From contig CAWISW010000001.1 in NCBI GenBank assembly GCA_963838925.1, positions 224,001 to 288,000 on the forward strand: a stretch of 64,000 bases of DNA, given 5' to 3'. The notes beneath the pieces were generated by a model, which had not been told where the DNA came from, searched no databases, and saw nothing but the letters and a program-made list of their open reading frames with translations. The stretch's first letter is position 1, and each line of letters begins with the position of its first letter. The stretch is from an uncultured Nitrososphaerota archaeon (GTDB lineage Archaea > Thermoproteota > Nitrososphaeria > Nitrososphaerales > Gagatemarchaeaceae). Made by a program: the position numbers and the translations under genes. Of the stretch, positions 1 to 10,577 are shown one piece after another.

Positions 1-123
1 AGCGACTCCACTTTGTTCGGGTCGGAAGACGATATAAGGAGTGGTGAAAGATTTAGTCGAAGATTCCTCAGCCTCCAGAGGCAACAATAGATTAAAGAAC
101 GAAACCCCAAAGGGGCGATTGTC

Positions 124-1065
124 TTGTCTGCGATAGAGGTCTCCTCCCTGAAGAAGGCCTACGGCGCGCTTCAGGCCGTCGACGCGATCTCGTTCTCCGT
201 CGACGTGGGGGAGGTGTTCTCACTGCTCGGTCCCAACGGCGCGGGAAAGACGACCACCATCGAGATCCTCGAGGGCCTCAGGGAGAGGGACGGAGGCGAC
301 GTCAAGGTGTTGGGGATCGACCCCTGGAAGCAAGGTTACTCAGTCCACGAGAAGATCGGCGTGATCCCGCAGGGCTTCAAGTTCGTCGACTACGCCACAC
401 CAAAGGAGGCAATAAGATACTACGCAGACCTCTTCGGCGTGAAGGCGGACGCCGACGCGATCCTCAAGAAGGTGATACTGGAGGACTCTGCCGACGTCTA
501 CTTCTCGAGGCTCTCGGGTGGGCAGAAGCAGAAGGTCGGCCTGGCGCTCGCTCTCGTGAACAACCCACAGCTCGTCTTCCTAGACGAGCCGACCACGGGG
601 CTAGACCCGCAGGCCAGGAGGGCGGTGTGGGAGGTAATCCGGAACCTGAAGAGCGAGGGCAGGACGGTACTCCTGACAACACACTACCTCGAAGAGGCGG
701 AGGAGCTCGCGGACAAGGTGGCCATAATGAACAAGGGCAGGATCATCACGTCGGGGACGCCGACCGAGATAATCCAACGGCACGGAGCAGGGGAGAAGAT
801 AAGGGTCAAGGGCGACCAGAAGCTCGTGGACTATCTCAAAAAGTCCGTCCCCTCCCTTCCGGTGGACTACAACAGAGAAAGCGGCGACATCAACGTCCTG
901 ATCAAGCGAAAGGAGGACTCGCTCGCCGTCTTGGAGGCGATACAAAGGTCCGGATGCCAGTGGACAGACCTCAGCATGCAGCGGGAGAGCTTGGAGGACG
1001 TCTTCGTGAAGCTCATCGGCGACGAGGGGTCCGGCGCCGACCAGGTCGCCGTGAGGAGCGCGTGA
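124..1065 (+). CDS. ABC-2 type exporter ATP-binding protein
   Basis: Walker A GPNGAGKT, signature LSGGQ, Walker B VFLDEPT, H-loop TTH; TTG start. Confidence 0.93.
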   Translation: MSAIEVSSLKKAYGALQAVDAISFSVDVGEVFSLLGPNGAGKTTTIEILEGLRERDGGDVKVLGIDPWKQGYSVHEKIGVIPQGFKFVDYATPKEAIRYYADLFGVKADADAILKKVILEDSADVYFSRLSGGQKQKVGLALALVNNPQLVFLDEPTTGLDPQARRAVWEVIRNLKSEGRTVLLTTHYLEEAEELADKVAIMNKGRIITSGTPTEIIQRHGAGEKIRVKGDQKLVDYLKKSVPSLPVDYNRESGDINVLIKRKEDSLAVLEAIQRSGCQWTDLSMQRESLEDVFVKLIGDEGSGADQVAVRSA

Positions 1066-1072
1066 GGCTGGA

Positions 1073-2176
1073 ATGATCAGCTTCAGGCGCATCAAGGCAG
1101 ACCTGACCGTCTTCGGGCGCGGCTACCTGAGGAGCCGTGTCGGCCTGTTCTTCTCCCTCATCTTCCCGGTGATACTCATCCTCATGTTCGGGGCGATCTT
1201 CTCCGGGAACGGATCGACGACCGTACCGGTCTACGTCCAGAACAACGACGGAGGGAGCCCGGTGAGCACCGGCTTCATCAGCGCCCTCAACGCCACCAAC
1301 ACAATGCAGATCACCGCTGTCCCCTCCTCTGAGAACTTCACCCAGTACCTCACGTCCCACTCCGCGACGGCCGGGATCGTCATCCCCTCGGGCTTCATGG
1401 CGAGCTTCGCTGCCGGGCGTCCGGTCAACGTCACTGTGTACGGCAACCCGACCTCGAGCACCACCGGCATAGTCGAAGGCGTAACGGGCTCGGTGGTCAA
1501 CGAGTTCAACCTCCGCCACGCCAGCCCCAACGCGACCGCAATCATCGGGGTGCAGCAGCACTCGATCGGCTCCCAGTCATACAAGTACATCGACTACCTC
1601 GTCCCTGGCCTCATCGGCTTCTCGGTGCTCACCAGCCCTATGTTCGCCCTGGTGAACATCAGCTCACAGTACAAGAGAGACAAGGTCTTCAAGCAACTCT
1701 CGCTCACGCCGCTCACAAAGACGGAATGGCTGCTCTCAAAGATAACGTGGTACATCGCCCTCACGATAATCTCGTTCTTTCTCATGACCACGATCGGCGT
1801 GGGGCTGCTGGGCGCCCACGTCACATACTCCTTGGGAATCCTCCCGTTTCTCCTTCTAGGGCCGTTCCTCTTTGTCTCCCTAGGCATGCTCGTAGGGACC
1901 GTCTCGAAGAGCGTCGAGTCGGCCGCAGTCGTGGGGAACCTGGTCACCTTCCCGATGATGTTCCTCTCGGGCACCTTCTTCCCTGTGTCCACCATGCCGC
2001 AATACCTCCAGGGCATAGCACACGTGCTGCCGCTCTTCTACGTGATCGACGGGCTGAACAACGTCATGCTCTACGGCAACTACAGCGCCGCCCTCGTGGA
2101 CGTGGGAGTGCTCCTGGTCATCTCCCTGGTCGTGTTCACACTCGCAGTCCGCTTCTTCAAGTGGCGCGAGGACTGA
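1073..2176 (+). CDS. ABC-2 type exporter permease
   Basis: One N-terminal TM, extracytoplasmic loop, 5 C-terminal TMs, FLSGTFFP motif; follows the ATPase. Confidence 0.9.
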   Translation: MISFRRIKADLTVFGRGYLRSRVGLFFSLIFPVILILMFGAIFSGNGSTTVPVYVQNNDGGSPVSTGFISALNATNTMQITAVPSSENFTQYLTSHSATAGIVIPSGFMASFAAGRPVNVTVYGNPTSSTTGIVEGVTGSVVNEFNLRHASPNATAIIGVQQHSIGSQSYKYIDYLVPGLIGFSVLTSPMFALVNISSQYKRDKVFKQLSLTPLTKTEWLLSKITWYIALTIISFFLMTTIGVGLLGAHVTYSLGILPFLLLGPFLFVSLGMLVGTVSKSVESAAVVGNLVTFPMMFLSGTFFPVSTMPQYLQGIAHVLPLFYVIDGLNNVMLYGNYSAALVDVGVLLVISLVVFTLAVRFFKWRED

Positions 2177-2270
2177 TGGATCGGGCAAGAGAGCAACCAT
2201 TCTTATCCTTCGTGGCCTGCCACGGCCCAGGCCGAGCAGATTTATCGGGGCGCAAAGAAGTGCGGAGGCG

Positions 2271-3062
2271 ATGGACCTGGGACTGAAGGGCAAGGTGGCG
2301 CTGGTCACCGCCGCCAGCAAGGGGATCGGGCTGGGGACTGCCAGGGTCCTTGCGAAAGAGGGGATGAAGGTCGCGATCTCCTCGAGAACTGGCGCGAACC
2401 TCGAGAGGGCCAGGGAACAGCTCGTCTCGGAGACCGGCTCCGAGGTCCTCGCCGTCCCGGCCGACATGACCGCGCGAGAAGACCTCGAAAGGCTCGTCGA
2501 GAGCACATCAAAGAAGCTCGGCGGAGTCGACGTCCTCGTCTACAACACAGGGCCGCCCAAGGCCGGCACGTTCGAGGAGCTCACCTACGAGGACTGGGAG
2601 CAGGCCACGAAGCTGCTCCTTCTGAGCGCGGTCACCCTTACCAAGGCCGTTGTGCCGCACATGAAGAGCAAGGGGTGGGGCAGACTCATCTACATCACCT
2701 CTCTCACCCTCAAGCAGCCCATAGGAAACCTGGTCCTCTCGAACACGGTCAGGCTGGGACTCGCGGGGCTCTCAAAGTCGCTCTCGAGGGAGCTCGGCCC
2801 CCTCGGGATAACCTCGAACGGCATAATCCAGGGCTACGTGAGGACTGACAGGATGGTCCGCCTTGTCGAAGAGAGGGCCTCGAAGACGGGAACGAGCGTC
2901 GACGAGGCTTACAAGGAGATGGTGAAGGGAATCCCTCTGGGGAGGTACGCAGAAGCCGAAGAGGTCGGCTACCTCGCCGCCTTCATAGCGAGCGACAAGG
3001 GCGCGTACCTGAACGGGGGCATGTTCACCATCGACGGGGGCTTGATCAGCTCCGTCTTCTGA
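2271..3062 (+). CDS. Short-chain dehydrogenase/reductase
   Basis: VTAASKGIG Rossmann motif, C-terminal IDGG. Confidence 0.9.
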   Translation: MDLGLKGKVALVTAASKGIGLGTARVLAKEGMKVAISSRTGANLERAREQLVSETGSEVLAVPADMTAREDLERLVESTSKKLGGVDVLVYNTGPPKAGTFEELTYEDWEQATKLLLLSAVTLTKAVVPHMKSKGWGRLIYITSLTLKQPIGNLVLSNTVRLGLAGLSKSLSRELGPLGITSNGIIQGYVRTDRMVRLVEERASKTGTSVDEAYKEMVKGIPLGRYAEAEEVGYLAAFIASDKGAYLNGGMFTIDGGLISSVF

Positions 3063-3072
3063 GCGCGGCTCA

Positions 3073-4101
3073 CTACTTCCCGAGGTTGTTGGGTTCCTTT
3101 GCCGTCAGGTCCACAGCGATCTCCGCGATGTCCGAGCCGTACTCCGCGACCCTCCTCACGCTCTCCAGCACCAGCCTGAACCATCCGACGGTGCTCGGCT
3201 CCAACCCCGGCCTCAGCAGCTCTCCGGTCATCTTCTCGTCCATCTCTATGACCTTCCTGGTGAGGTTGATCGACTCGTTCGCCTTCTTCGTGTCGAGGTC
3301 GACCAGCGCGCTGACCGCCTGCCCGAGCACCTTCTGGGAGAGCTCGCTCATCTTCATGATGTCCTTGCCGACCTTCCCGAGCGCGTCCGCTCGGAGGCTG
3401 GGGACCAGCCTTGCGATCGCCGCCGCGTGGTCTGCTACCCTCTCGATGCTCTTCACTGCGAGCCTGTAACCAAGGCAGTCGCGGGCAGCCAAGAGGCCCA
3501 CCTCCTCGATGATCGCCCGGTTGCGCACCGCCATGTTGAGCTGCCTGACGATGAAGTGGTAGAACCTGTCCACCTCGTCGTCGCGCATTCCCACCTCTTC
3601 GGCCAGGCCGAGGTCCCCGCTCTGGAGCGAGAGCACGGCGTCCTGCACCATCCCCGACGCGATTATGGCCATCCTCTCGATAGCCTTCTTCAAGGGGAGG
3701 TCAGAGTAGCCTGAGAGGCACTGGGTGGTTATCCCGTTCGATGTCTCCTCGACGATCTCGATGCCTATGAGCTTCCTCCTGATAGTCTCTTTCAGGTAGG
3801 TCCTCAGCCCCGAGCTAGAACCTGAGATCCTAAGCCTGATTACGTCGTAACCCGCTAGGTAGTAGGAGATGAACGACCTGAGCGCCGTGTCCCTGTCAGC
3901 GTTCTCCTGCATCTCGATGAGCACCTCGCTCTTGGTCTCCTTCCTGAGGTCGTTCTTGGGCACGACCAGGAGCGACATGTCTGCCTGTGGTAGGACCAGC
4001 ACGGCGTCCTTCGCCTTCAAGCCCGCGTCGTTCACCCAAGACTTTGGCAACGACACCACGTAGCTGTTTCCACCCGTGATCTGGATCTTCCTGATTTCCA
4101 T
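3073..4101 (-). CDS. Phosphate uptake regulator (AbrB-like N-terminus plus PhoU domains)
   Basis: MEIRKIQITGGNSYVVSLPKSW AbrB-type start; DDEVDR and ERVADH PhoU motifs; divergent from pstS; start set to ATG 4101. Confidence 0.88.
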   Translation of the reverse strand: MEIRKIQITGGNSYVVSLPKSWVNDAGLKAKDAVLVLPQADMSLLVVPKNDLRKETKSEVLIEMQENADRDTALRSFISYYLAGYDVIRLRISGSSSGLRTYLKETIRRKLIGIEIVEETSNGITTQCLSGYSDLPLKKAIERMAIIASGMVQDAVLSLQSGDLGLAEEVGMRDDEVDRFYHFIVRQLNMAVRNRAIIEEVGLLAARDCLGYRLAVKSIERVADHAAAIARLVPSLRADALGKVGKDIMKMSELSQKVLGQAVSALVDLDTKKANESINLTRKVIEMDEKMTGELLRPGLEPSTVGWFRLVLESVRRVAEYGSDIAEIAVDLTAKEPNNLGK

Positions 4102-4400
4102 TCCGGCAAAGGTGCATATAGATGCTCTATATATCTTATGCCGAATACGGGAAAATTGCGCTGACGTCGCGCCTGTCTCTGTTCTGCCGGTATTGCAATC
4201 GGTCATTTCACGCTAGAATTGGCAAAGGTTATTGTGGAAAGTCGCATTACTCGGTTACGACCAGAGCGAAAACGGAGCCTATCGGGCAATTTGCAGGCCG
4301 GCGCGATGTAAACTATAGCGCACCCATAGATATTGTCGGGCGCTATATTGAGCAATAGATTAATTCGGCGAGCAATAAATCGCCTGAAAAGTCTGGGAAA

Positions 4401-5753
4401 GTGAAGATGAAATTCGAAAGAACAGGAATCAGCACAGCAGCAATCGGCGCGATTGCGATAGTGGCAATAATAGTGGTGGGCGCGGGGGCATATCTAGCGG
4501 CCTCCGGCAGCGCTAAGACTACTACCGCGACCTCGACGATTACTGCGACACAAACCAATACTACTACAGCGACATCAACCGCCACGACGACGGCGGTATC
4601 AACTGCAACTGCGACTACAACAGCCACGGCTACAACAACAGCAATCTCGACGACCACCGCGGTCTCGACCACTACGGCTGTTTCAACCACTACCGCAACC
4701 TCAACGACAACTGCTACAGCGACGACGACAACCGGCGCTCCTGCATCTCTGAACGGAGCGGGGTCGACACTAGTCTTCCCTCTGATGTCGTCTTGGACTT
4801 TCGCATACCAGCAATACACAGGTAACGTGCAGGTCAACTACCAAAGCGTCGGCAGCGGCGCAGGGATAACAGACCTCACGCAGAAGACCGTCGACTTTGG
4901 CGCGTCGGATGCGCCCCCGTCGGCCGCCCAGATCGCCGCTTTCCCCTCGGGAGTCGTAGTGATTCCAGAGTCTGCTAGCGCGGTCGTGCCTGCATACAAC
5001 CTTCCAGGGATCGGCAACACCGTCAAGTTCACGGGAGCGGTCCTAGCGAATATCTTCCTCGGGAAGATAACGATGTGGAACGACCCGGCAATCGTGGCAC
5101 TCAACCCAACTCTCACAATGCCAGCACAACCAATCACAGTGGTCCACAGGTCGGACTCGAGCGGGACCATGTTCGCATTCACCAACTTCCTCTCTGACTC
5201 CAGCAGCGCATGGAAGACAGGACCCGGGACGGCAACTCTGCCCAACTGGCCTGTTGGCCTCGGTTGCAAGGGCAACGAGGGCGTCGCTGGATGCATACAG
5301 AACACCCCATACTCCATAGGACCACTCGAAATCGCGTATGAAATCGTCAACTCAGGACTCATTTCATACGGCTCGGTGGAAAACGCAGCGGGCAACTACG
5401 TCCTAGCGAACCTGACCAACATCGCCGCAGCGGTGACGGCGGGCGCAACGGGCTTGCCTGCAGGAAACGGAGTCTGGACCAACGTCTCCATCATCAACAA
5501 CATCTACAATGACACAGTCGACAGCACCGTCTATCCAATCACGACCTTCACATATCTGGTGGCCTACACAGCGCAGTCGAGCCAGGCGCAGGGATTGGCA
5601 CTCGTAAACTTCCTGCACTGGGTCGTCAACGATGCCCAGTCAGCGGGGACCAAGCTCGGATACGTCCCGATGCCTGCCAACGTGGTCGCCATAGACAACG
5701 CTTCGGTCAAACTGATCACCTTCAACGGAACACCCCTATACACGGGACCATAG
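4401..5753 (+). CDS. pstS: Phosphate ABC transporter substrate-binding protein with Thr-rich stalk
   Basis: GAGST, YQSVGSGAG, DFGASD and HRSDSSGT motifs; N-terminal membrane anchor. Confidence 0.93.
   Translation: MKMKFERTGISTAAIGAIAIVAIIVVGAGAYLAASGSAKTTTATSTITATQTNTTTATSTATTTAVSTATATTTATATTTAISTTTAVSTTTAVSTTTATSTTTATATTTTGAPASLNGAGSTLVFPLMSSWTFAYQQYTGNVQVNYQSVGSGAGITDLTQKTVDFGASDAPPSAAQIAAFPSGVVVIPESASAVVPAYNLPGIGNTVKFTGAVLANIFLGKITMWNDPAIVALNPTLTMPAQPITVVHRSDSSGTMFAFTNFLSDSSSAWKTGPGTATLPNWPVGLGCKGNEGVAGCIQNTPYSIGPLEIAYEIVNSGLISYGSVENAAGNYVLANLTNIAAAVTAGATGLPAGNGVWTNVSIINNIYNDTVDSTVYPITTFTYLVAYTAQSSQAQGLALVNFLHWVVNDAQSAGTKLGYVPMPANVVAIDNASVKLITFNGTPLYTGP
4520..4735 (+). repeat. Low-complexity Thr/Ala repeat (TTTAVS/TATA units) in PstS
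   Basis: Imperfect tandem repeats in the translation. Confidence 0.8.
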
Positions 5754-5789
5754 CCTAAGGGCGCGGTCCTGTTTTATGATTAAGAGGAG

Positions 5790-6746
5790 ATGGCCCTGAA
5801 CAAGGGCCGCGGAGGACTGGGCTTCCCCCTGAAGGGGGACCAGGTCCTAAAGGGTCTCGTTGCCGCCGCCGCCATCTCGGTGGTGGTGCTGATGTTGGCC
5901 CTCGCCTACGAGCTCGTCGTAGGGTCACGCGCGTCGCTAGACCAGTTCGGCCTCGGCTTCATAGTCGGGACAGTTTGGGATCCCGTGCACAGCATTTACG
6001 GGGCGCTCCCTTACATCTACGGAACCCTCCTAACCTCCGCGCTCGCGCTCCTGTTCGGCCTGCCCATCAGCATCGGAGTCGCCGTCTTCCTAGTGGAAAA
6101 GCTGAAGACCCGCCACACCGAAGCCTACCTGATAGGTACTACTGTAGAGCTGCTCGCGGCGGTTCCCAGCGTGATCTACGGGCTTTGGGGGCTCTTCTTC
6201 CTCAGTCCTCTTCTAAAGACATACATCGAAAAGCCGCTACACAGATACTTCGGCGCTCTCCCCGTATTCTCCGGTACGCCCTTTGGCCTGGATTTCTTCA
6301 CCGCCGGAGTGATACTTGCAATAATGATAATCCCGACGATTTCTGCAGTCTCCCGGAACGTCCTGAACGCCGTTCCAACCAGCCAACGGGAGGCGATGTA
6401 TTCTCTGGGAGCCACCGACTGGGAGGTGATAAGCAAGGGGATCCTGCCCTACGCGCGCTCAGGGCTCTTTGGCGCAACAATCCTTGGGCTCGGCAGGGCT
6501 GTGGGGGAGACGATGGCAGTCACTTTCGTCATAGGAAACGCCACCAGGATATCGCCGTCCCTTTTCTCAGCCGGGTACACCCTGGCTAGCGCCATAGCCA
6601 ATCAGTTCTCAGAGTCGTCGTCCCCCGTCAGCACCGCGGCACTGGTAGAGTTGGGCCTGATACTCTTCATCCTAGCGCTCGCAATAAACATCTTCGCAAG
6701 GACCCTCCTCTGGCGGATGTCGAGGATGACCAGAGTGAAGATATAG
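5790..6746 (+). CDS. pstC: Phosphate ABC transporter permease
   Basis: ELLAAVPSVIYGLWG and GRAVGETMAV motifs. Confidence 0.93.
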   Translation: MALNKGRGGLGFPLKGDQVLKGLVAAAAISVVVLMLALAYELVVGSRASLDQFGLGFIVGTVWDPVHSIYGALPYIYGTLLTSALALLFGLPISIGVAVFLVEKLKTRHTEAYLIGTTVELLAAVPSVIYGLWGLFFLSPLLKTYIEKPLHRYFGALPVFSGTPFGLDFFTAGVILAIMIIPTISAVSRNVLNAVPTSQREAMYSLGATDWEVISKGILPYARSGLFGATILGLGRAVGETMAVTFVIGNATRISPSLFSAGYTLASAIANQFSESSSPVSTAALVELGLILFILALAINIFARTLLWRMSRMTRVKI

Positions 6747-6758
6747 GAGCCGACGAGA

Positions 6759-7634
6759 TTGGAGAACCTAACTTCGATTCAGGCCAACGACAAGAGGCGG
6801 AAGTTCACAGACAGAGCGATGACTGTTCTGATATATGCGGCGGTGGTGATCGCAATTGCGCCCCTCTTGTTCATCCTGGGCGAGGTGGCCTACCGAGGAG
6901 CTCCGGTTCTCAATCTCGACTTCTTCACACATCTTCCCACGCCAGTGGGAGTCCCAGGGGGAGGAATAGCTCCCGCCATAGTCGGCTCGTTCATAATGGT
7001 CGGCCTCGCATCTTTGATCGCGATCCCGGTCGGGGTCGGGGCTGGGATATACTTCTCCGAGTGGCCCGAGGCGAGGCTTTCTACGCTGTCGAGCTTCATG
7101 AACGACGTCCTGGCAGAGTTCCCTTCCATAGTGGTGGGAATCTTCGTCTTCGTGGTTGTGGTCCTGGCGACCGGCACCTTCTCGGCCCTGGCCGGCGCCC
7201 TTTCACTGGCGATCATCATGATCCCCATAGTAGCCCGGACGACCGAGGAGTCTCTCAAGCTCGTCCCGAAGAGCCTAAGAGAGGCTTCGATGGCCTTGGG
7301 GGTATCAAGATGGAAGACCATCATCAGCATCGTCATCGCGACCGGAAGGGCGGGTCTCTTCACCGGAATCCTCCTCTCCATAGCGAGAGCTGCGGGAGAG
7401 ACCGCACCCCTGTTGTTCACAGCACTCGGGAACACATATTACTCGAAAACCCTGTTGCAGCCCATGGCGGCCATGCCCCTGCTCATCTATCAGTACGGAG
7501 TCTCGCCTTTCCTGGACTGGCAGGCCAAGGCCTGGGGCGCGGCCCTGGTCCTGGTGCTGGTGATGCTGGGCCTTAACCTCATGGTGAAGCTGACGGTTGG
7601 ACGAAGATCCTCACACATCAGGGCGGAGAACTAG
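6759..7634 (+). CDS. pstA: Phosphate ABC transporter permease
   Basis: PSIVVG and ARAAGETAPLLFT motifs. Confidence 0.93.
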   Translation: MENLTSIQANDKRRKFTDRAMTVLIYAAVVIAIAPLLFILGEVAYRGAPVLNLDFFTHLPTPVGVPGGGIAPAIVGSFIMVGLASLIAIPVGVGAGIYFSEWPEARLSTLSSFMNDVLAEFPSIVVGIFVFVVVVLATGTFSALAGALSLAIIMIPIVARTTEESLKLVPKSLREASMALGVSRWKTIISIVIATGRAGLFTGILLSIARAAGETAPLLFTALGNTYYSKTLLQPMAAMPLLIYQYGVSPFLDWQAKAWGAALVLVLVMLGLNLMVKLTVGRRSSHIRAEN

Positions 7635-8483
7635 GTGGCGATGACATTGGAAACACAGAAAGATAGGCAAAGCGATGCGATGAGGCCGGCGGTCAACTTG
7701 GAAACCAGCACAAGCGTCTCAACACTCGCCGCAAAGATGAAGGTGAGACAGCTGAAGGCGGGATTTGGCAAGTCCATGGTGCTCAAGGGTATCAGCCTCG
7801 ACGTTCCGGAAAGATCCGTCACGGCTATCATGGGGCCCTCGGGCTGTGGGAAGACCACCTTCATCAGGTGTCTCAACAGGATCCACGAACTCACTCCGGG
7901 AGCGATGGTCGAGGGCGAAGTCCTTCTGGACGGCAACGACATCTACTCGCCAAAGGTCGACGCTGTCGCGGTCCGGCGGAGGATCGGCATGGTGTTCCAA
8001 AAGCCTAACCCGTTTCCAACCATGACCATCTACGACAACGTCGCCGCTGGCCTGAAGCTCAACGGTGTCAAGGACAGGAAGAGGCTGGACGGCGTCGTGG
8101 AGAAGAGCCTGAGGATGGCGTTCCTTTGGGACGAGGTCAAGAACGACCTCAGCAAGTCAGGAGCCGCGCTCTCGGGCGGGCAGCAGCAGAGACTCTGCAT
8201 CGCGAGAGCCATAGCCGTGGAGCCCGAGGTCCTGCTGATGGACGAACCTGCCTCGGCGCTCGACCCCACCGCAACCGCGAAGATAGAGGAGGCAATGGCC
8301 GAGCTCAAGAAGCAGTACACGATAGTAATCGTCACACACAACCTGCAGCAGGCGGCGAGGGTCGCCGATCACACCGCGTTCTTCTACCTCGGGGAGCTGG
8401 TCGAGTTCGGCGAAACAGCACAGCTCTTCGAGAACCCTGCGAAAGAACTGACCGAGCGGTACATCACAGGAAAGTTCGGGTGA
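7635..8483 (+). CDS. pstB: Phosphate ABC transporter ATPase
   Basis: [40 protein letters not shown]. Confidence 0.95.
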   Translation: MAMTLETQKDRQSDAMRPAVNLETSTSVSTLAAKMKVRQLKAGFGKSMVLKGISLDVPERSVTAIMGPSGCGKTTFIRCLNRIHELTPGAMVEGEVLLDGNDIYSPKVDAVAVRRRIGMVFQKPNPFPTMTIYDNVAAGLKLNGVKDRKRLDGVVEKSLRMAFLWDEVKNDLSKSGAALSGGQQQRLCIARAIAVEPEVLLMDEPASALDPTATAKIEEAMAELKKQYTIVIVTHNLQQAARVADHTAFFYLGELVEFGETAQLFENPAKELTERYITGKFG

Positions 8484-8490
8484 GAGGCGC

Positions 8491-9132
8491 ATGGCACGAC
8501 TAATGGATCTGGGAATGGACAGGCTTCGGAACCTGCTGCTAGAGATGGGGCAGCTCTCGCAACAGACCGTCGTCACCGCGATCGAGGCCTACCACATCGG
8601 GAAGAACCACGAGGACGTCAACAGGTGGTCGAACAAGCTCAGGCAGCTCGACGACCAGGTCAGCGAGCTCTCGATAGAGCTCATAGCCAGGTTCCAGCCT
8701 GTCGCATCCGACCTCCGCTACATCAAGGCCTGCATGGAGATATCGTATGGCTTCTACAGGTACGGGCGATACGCTCACGACATAATGGATGTCCTCGACA
8801 CGTTCGGGGACCTGACCAAGTGCGACCGCGAGGTCGTGGAGAGCGCCGCCGAGAAGACCAAGGAGATGATTGGGATGAGCGTCGAAGCCTTTGCGAATCA
8901 GAACGTGGAGCTCGCGAGGAAGATAATCGAATTGGACGACTACGTAGACGACGCATATCGGAACTACATCAAGAAGCTCATGAAGTCAAAGCAAGTCGAC
9001 CTGCGCTGCGCCCTCTCGCAGACCCTGATCTTGCGCTACCTCGAGAGGATAGCGGACCACGCCGTCTACATAGGCAGGTCGGTGATCTTCATCGTGAGAG
9101 GCGAAGAGCCCGCAATCGAGGAGAAGAGCTAG
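8491..9132 (+). CDS. phoU: PhoU family phosphate transport regulator
   Basis: QPVASDLR and LERIADHA motifs; last gene of the pst operon. Confidence 0.9.
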   Translation: MARLMDLGMDRLRNLLLEMGQLSQQTVVTAIEAYHIGKNHEDVNRWSNKLRQLDDQVSELSIELIARFQPVASDLRYIKACMEISYGFYRYGRYAHDIMDVLDTFGDLTKCDREVVESAAEKTKEMIGMSVEAFANQNVELARKIIELDDYVDDAYRNYIKKLMKSKQVDLRCALSQTLILRYLERIADHAVYIGRSVIFIVRGEEPAIEEKS

Positions 9133-9494
9133 CCTCTCCTCGACCTGAATACAAAGAGAGCGACGGCCGCAATCAGCGCGAACTGGAGCACGGCGCCGCC
9201 GGTGAAGATGAGGAAGGCCACGACCTGGCCTGTCTCGGCGAAGGTGTAGTGGGTGGGCTGGGGCAGGGACACCGCTAGCGTTATCACGGCCAGGACCACC
9301 GCGAGGTACGGCGCCCACCTGGCCTTTCGCGATATCGCGACCGCGCAGAGGAGCCAGATGACCTCCCCCGCAAGAATCGAGGGGAACAGGAACGAGGGGA
9401 TGCCCGGGGTGCCGTACAGGACGTAGAGGAAGAGCACCCCAAGGACGACCGAGGCGTACACGAGCCACGCTATCGCCCTCTCGAGACTGGCCAC
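9129..9494 (-). CDS. Small 4-TM membrane protein of unknown function
   Basis: Four hydrophobic segments; start inferred at GTG 9494. Confidence 0.65.
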   Translation of the reverse strand: MASLERAIAWLVYASVVLGVLFLYVLYGTPGIPSFLFPSILAGEVIWLLCAVAISRKARWAPYLAVVLAVITLAVSLPQPTHYTFAETGQVVAFLIFTGGAVLQFALIAAVALFVFRSRRG

Positions 9495-9598
9495 GGAGCA
9501 GCGGGACGAAGGTTCGTATTTCAAGGATGCGCCAGAGCCCGCGCGTGTGGCGTGTCGCAATTCTTTATACCGGGAAACGACCATGCGAATGCACCAGG

Positions 9599-10231
9599 AT
9601 GTCCATCGACCTGAGCTCGTTCGTCGCGTTCGACCTCTCGTCGTTCGGCGCGTCGTTCATCCTGCTCTTCTCGGTCTTCGATGTCATCGGAACGGTGCCT
9701 ATCTTTCTCGCGCTCACCCAGGACTACAAGGAGGTGCGCGCGAGGATTGTCAGGGACTCGGTGATCATCGCCACGATAATCCTCCTGGTGTTCGCGTCCG
9801 TCGGCCCGTTGATCTTTCAGGTGCTCGGGATCACGCTCAACGACTTCAAGATCGCCGGGGGGATAATCCTCTTCATCATCGCGCTCGACAACCTCAGGGG
9901 CAGGATCTCGCAGACCAGGACCATCGCGGCGACCGAGATCGCCGCCTTTCCGCTGGCCACCCCGCTCATGGCCGGGCCCGGGGCCATCTCCACCGTGATG
10001 ATCTATGCGAACCCGCCCTACGGCCTGCTCGAGATCTTCTTGGTCATACTAATGAACTCCCTCGTCACCTACCTGATACTGGAGCGGGCCTCCTGGGTCC
10101 AGAGGGCGCTGGGCACGAACGGGACCCAGGTCTTCACCCGCATCGTGGGCCTCCTCATAGCTGCGATCGGGATCGCGTTCATCAGAGAAGGGGTGGTCGG
10201 AATCGTCCAGGCGAGCGTAGGCGGTGCCTGA
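9599..10231 (+). CDS. MarC family membrane protein
   Basis: FKIAGGIILF and PLATPLMAGPGAI motifs. Confidence 0.9.
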   Translation: MSIDLSSFVAFDLSSFGASFILLFSVFDVIGTVPIFLALTQDYKEVRARIVRDSVIIATIILLVFASVGPLIFQVLGITLNDFKIAGGIILFIIALDNLRGRISQTRTIAATEIAAFPLATPLMAGPGAISTVMIYANPPYGLLEIFLVILMNSLVTYLILERASWVQRALGTNGTQVFTRIVGLLIAAIGIAFIREGVVGIVQASVGGA

Positions 10232-10234
10232 CCT

Positions 10235-10525
10235 ACGGCCAGGGTCAGCTACAAGCTGGTCGTGTCGGGCTCGGTCCAGGGCGTGGCCTTCAGGGCGTCG
10301 ATGAGAGACGAAGCGAACCGCCGCGGCGTGAAGGGTTGGGTAAGGAACAGGGGCGACGGGGCGGTTGAGGCACTAGTCCAAGGAGAGGAGGCGCAGGTCG
10401 AGAGGCTGCTCGAGTGGGCTCGGGTCGGCCCGCCCGGCGCGAAGGTCACCTCTCTCGAGAAGCACAAGCTGGAAGACTACGCGCCGCAGGAGGACTTCCG
10501 CGTCCTCGTCCCGAGATTCGACTGA
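10235..10525 (+). CDS. acyP: Acylphosphatase (start codon uncertain)
   Basis: SGSVQGVAFR and GWVRN motifs; first beta-strand (ARVSYKLVV) lies upstream of the annotated GTG. Confidence 0.85.
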   Translation, partial: TARVSYKLVVSGSVQGVAFRASMRDEANRRGVKGWVRNRGDGAVEALVQGEEAQVERLLEWARVGPPGAKVTSLEKHKLEDYAPQEDFRVLVPRFD

Positions 10526-10577
10526 TGTAGGGCGGCCAACCGTTAAATCCCGTTTCAAGGCGGGTGGCGAGCATACC

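Noticed and set aside
4343-4837. Val/Ala repeat ORF antisense to pstS
   Set aside because: Mirror of the Thr-rich stalk codons.
10229-10231. Selenocysteine/readthrough fusion of MarC and acylphosphatase via in-frame TGA
   Set aside because: MarC is complete at the stop, there is no Cys-equivalent position or evident SECIS, and a near-cognate start explains the downstream gene more simply.
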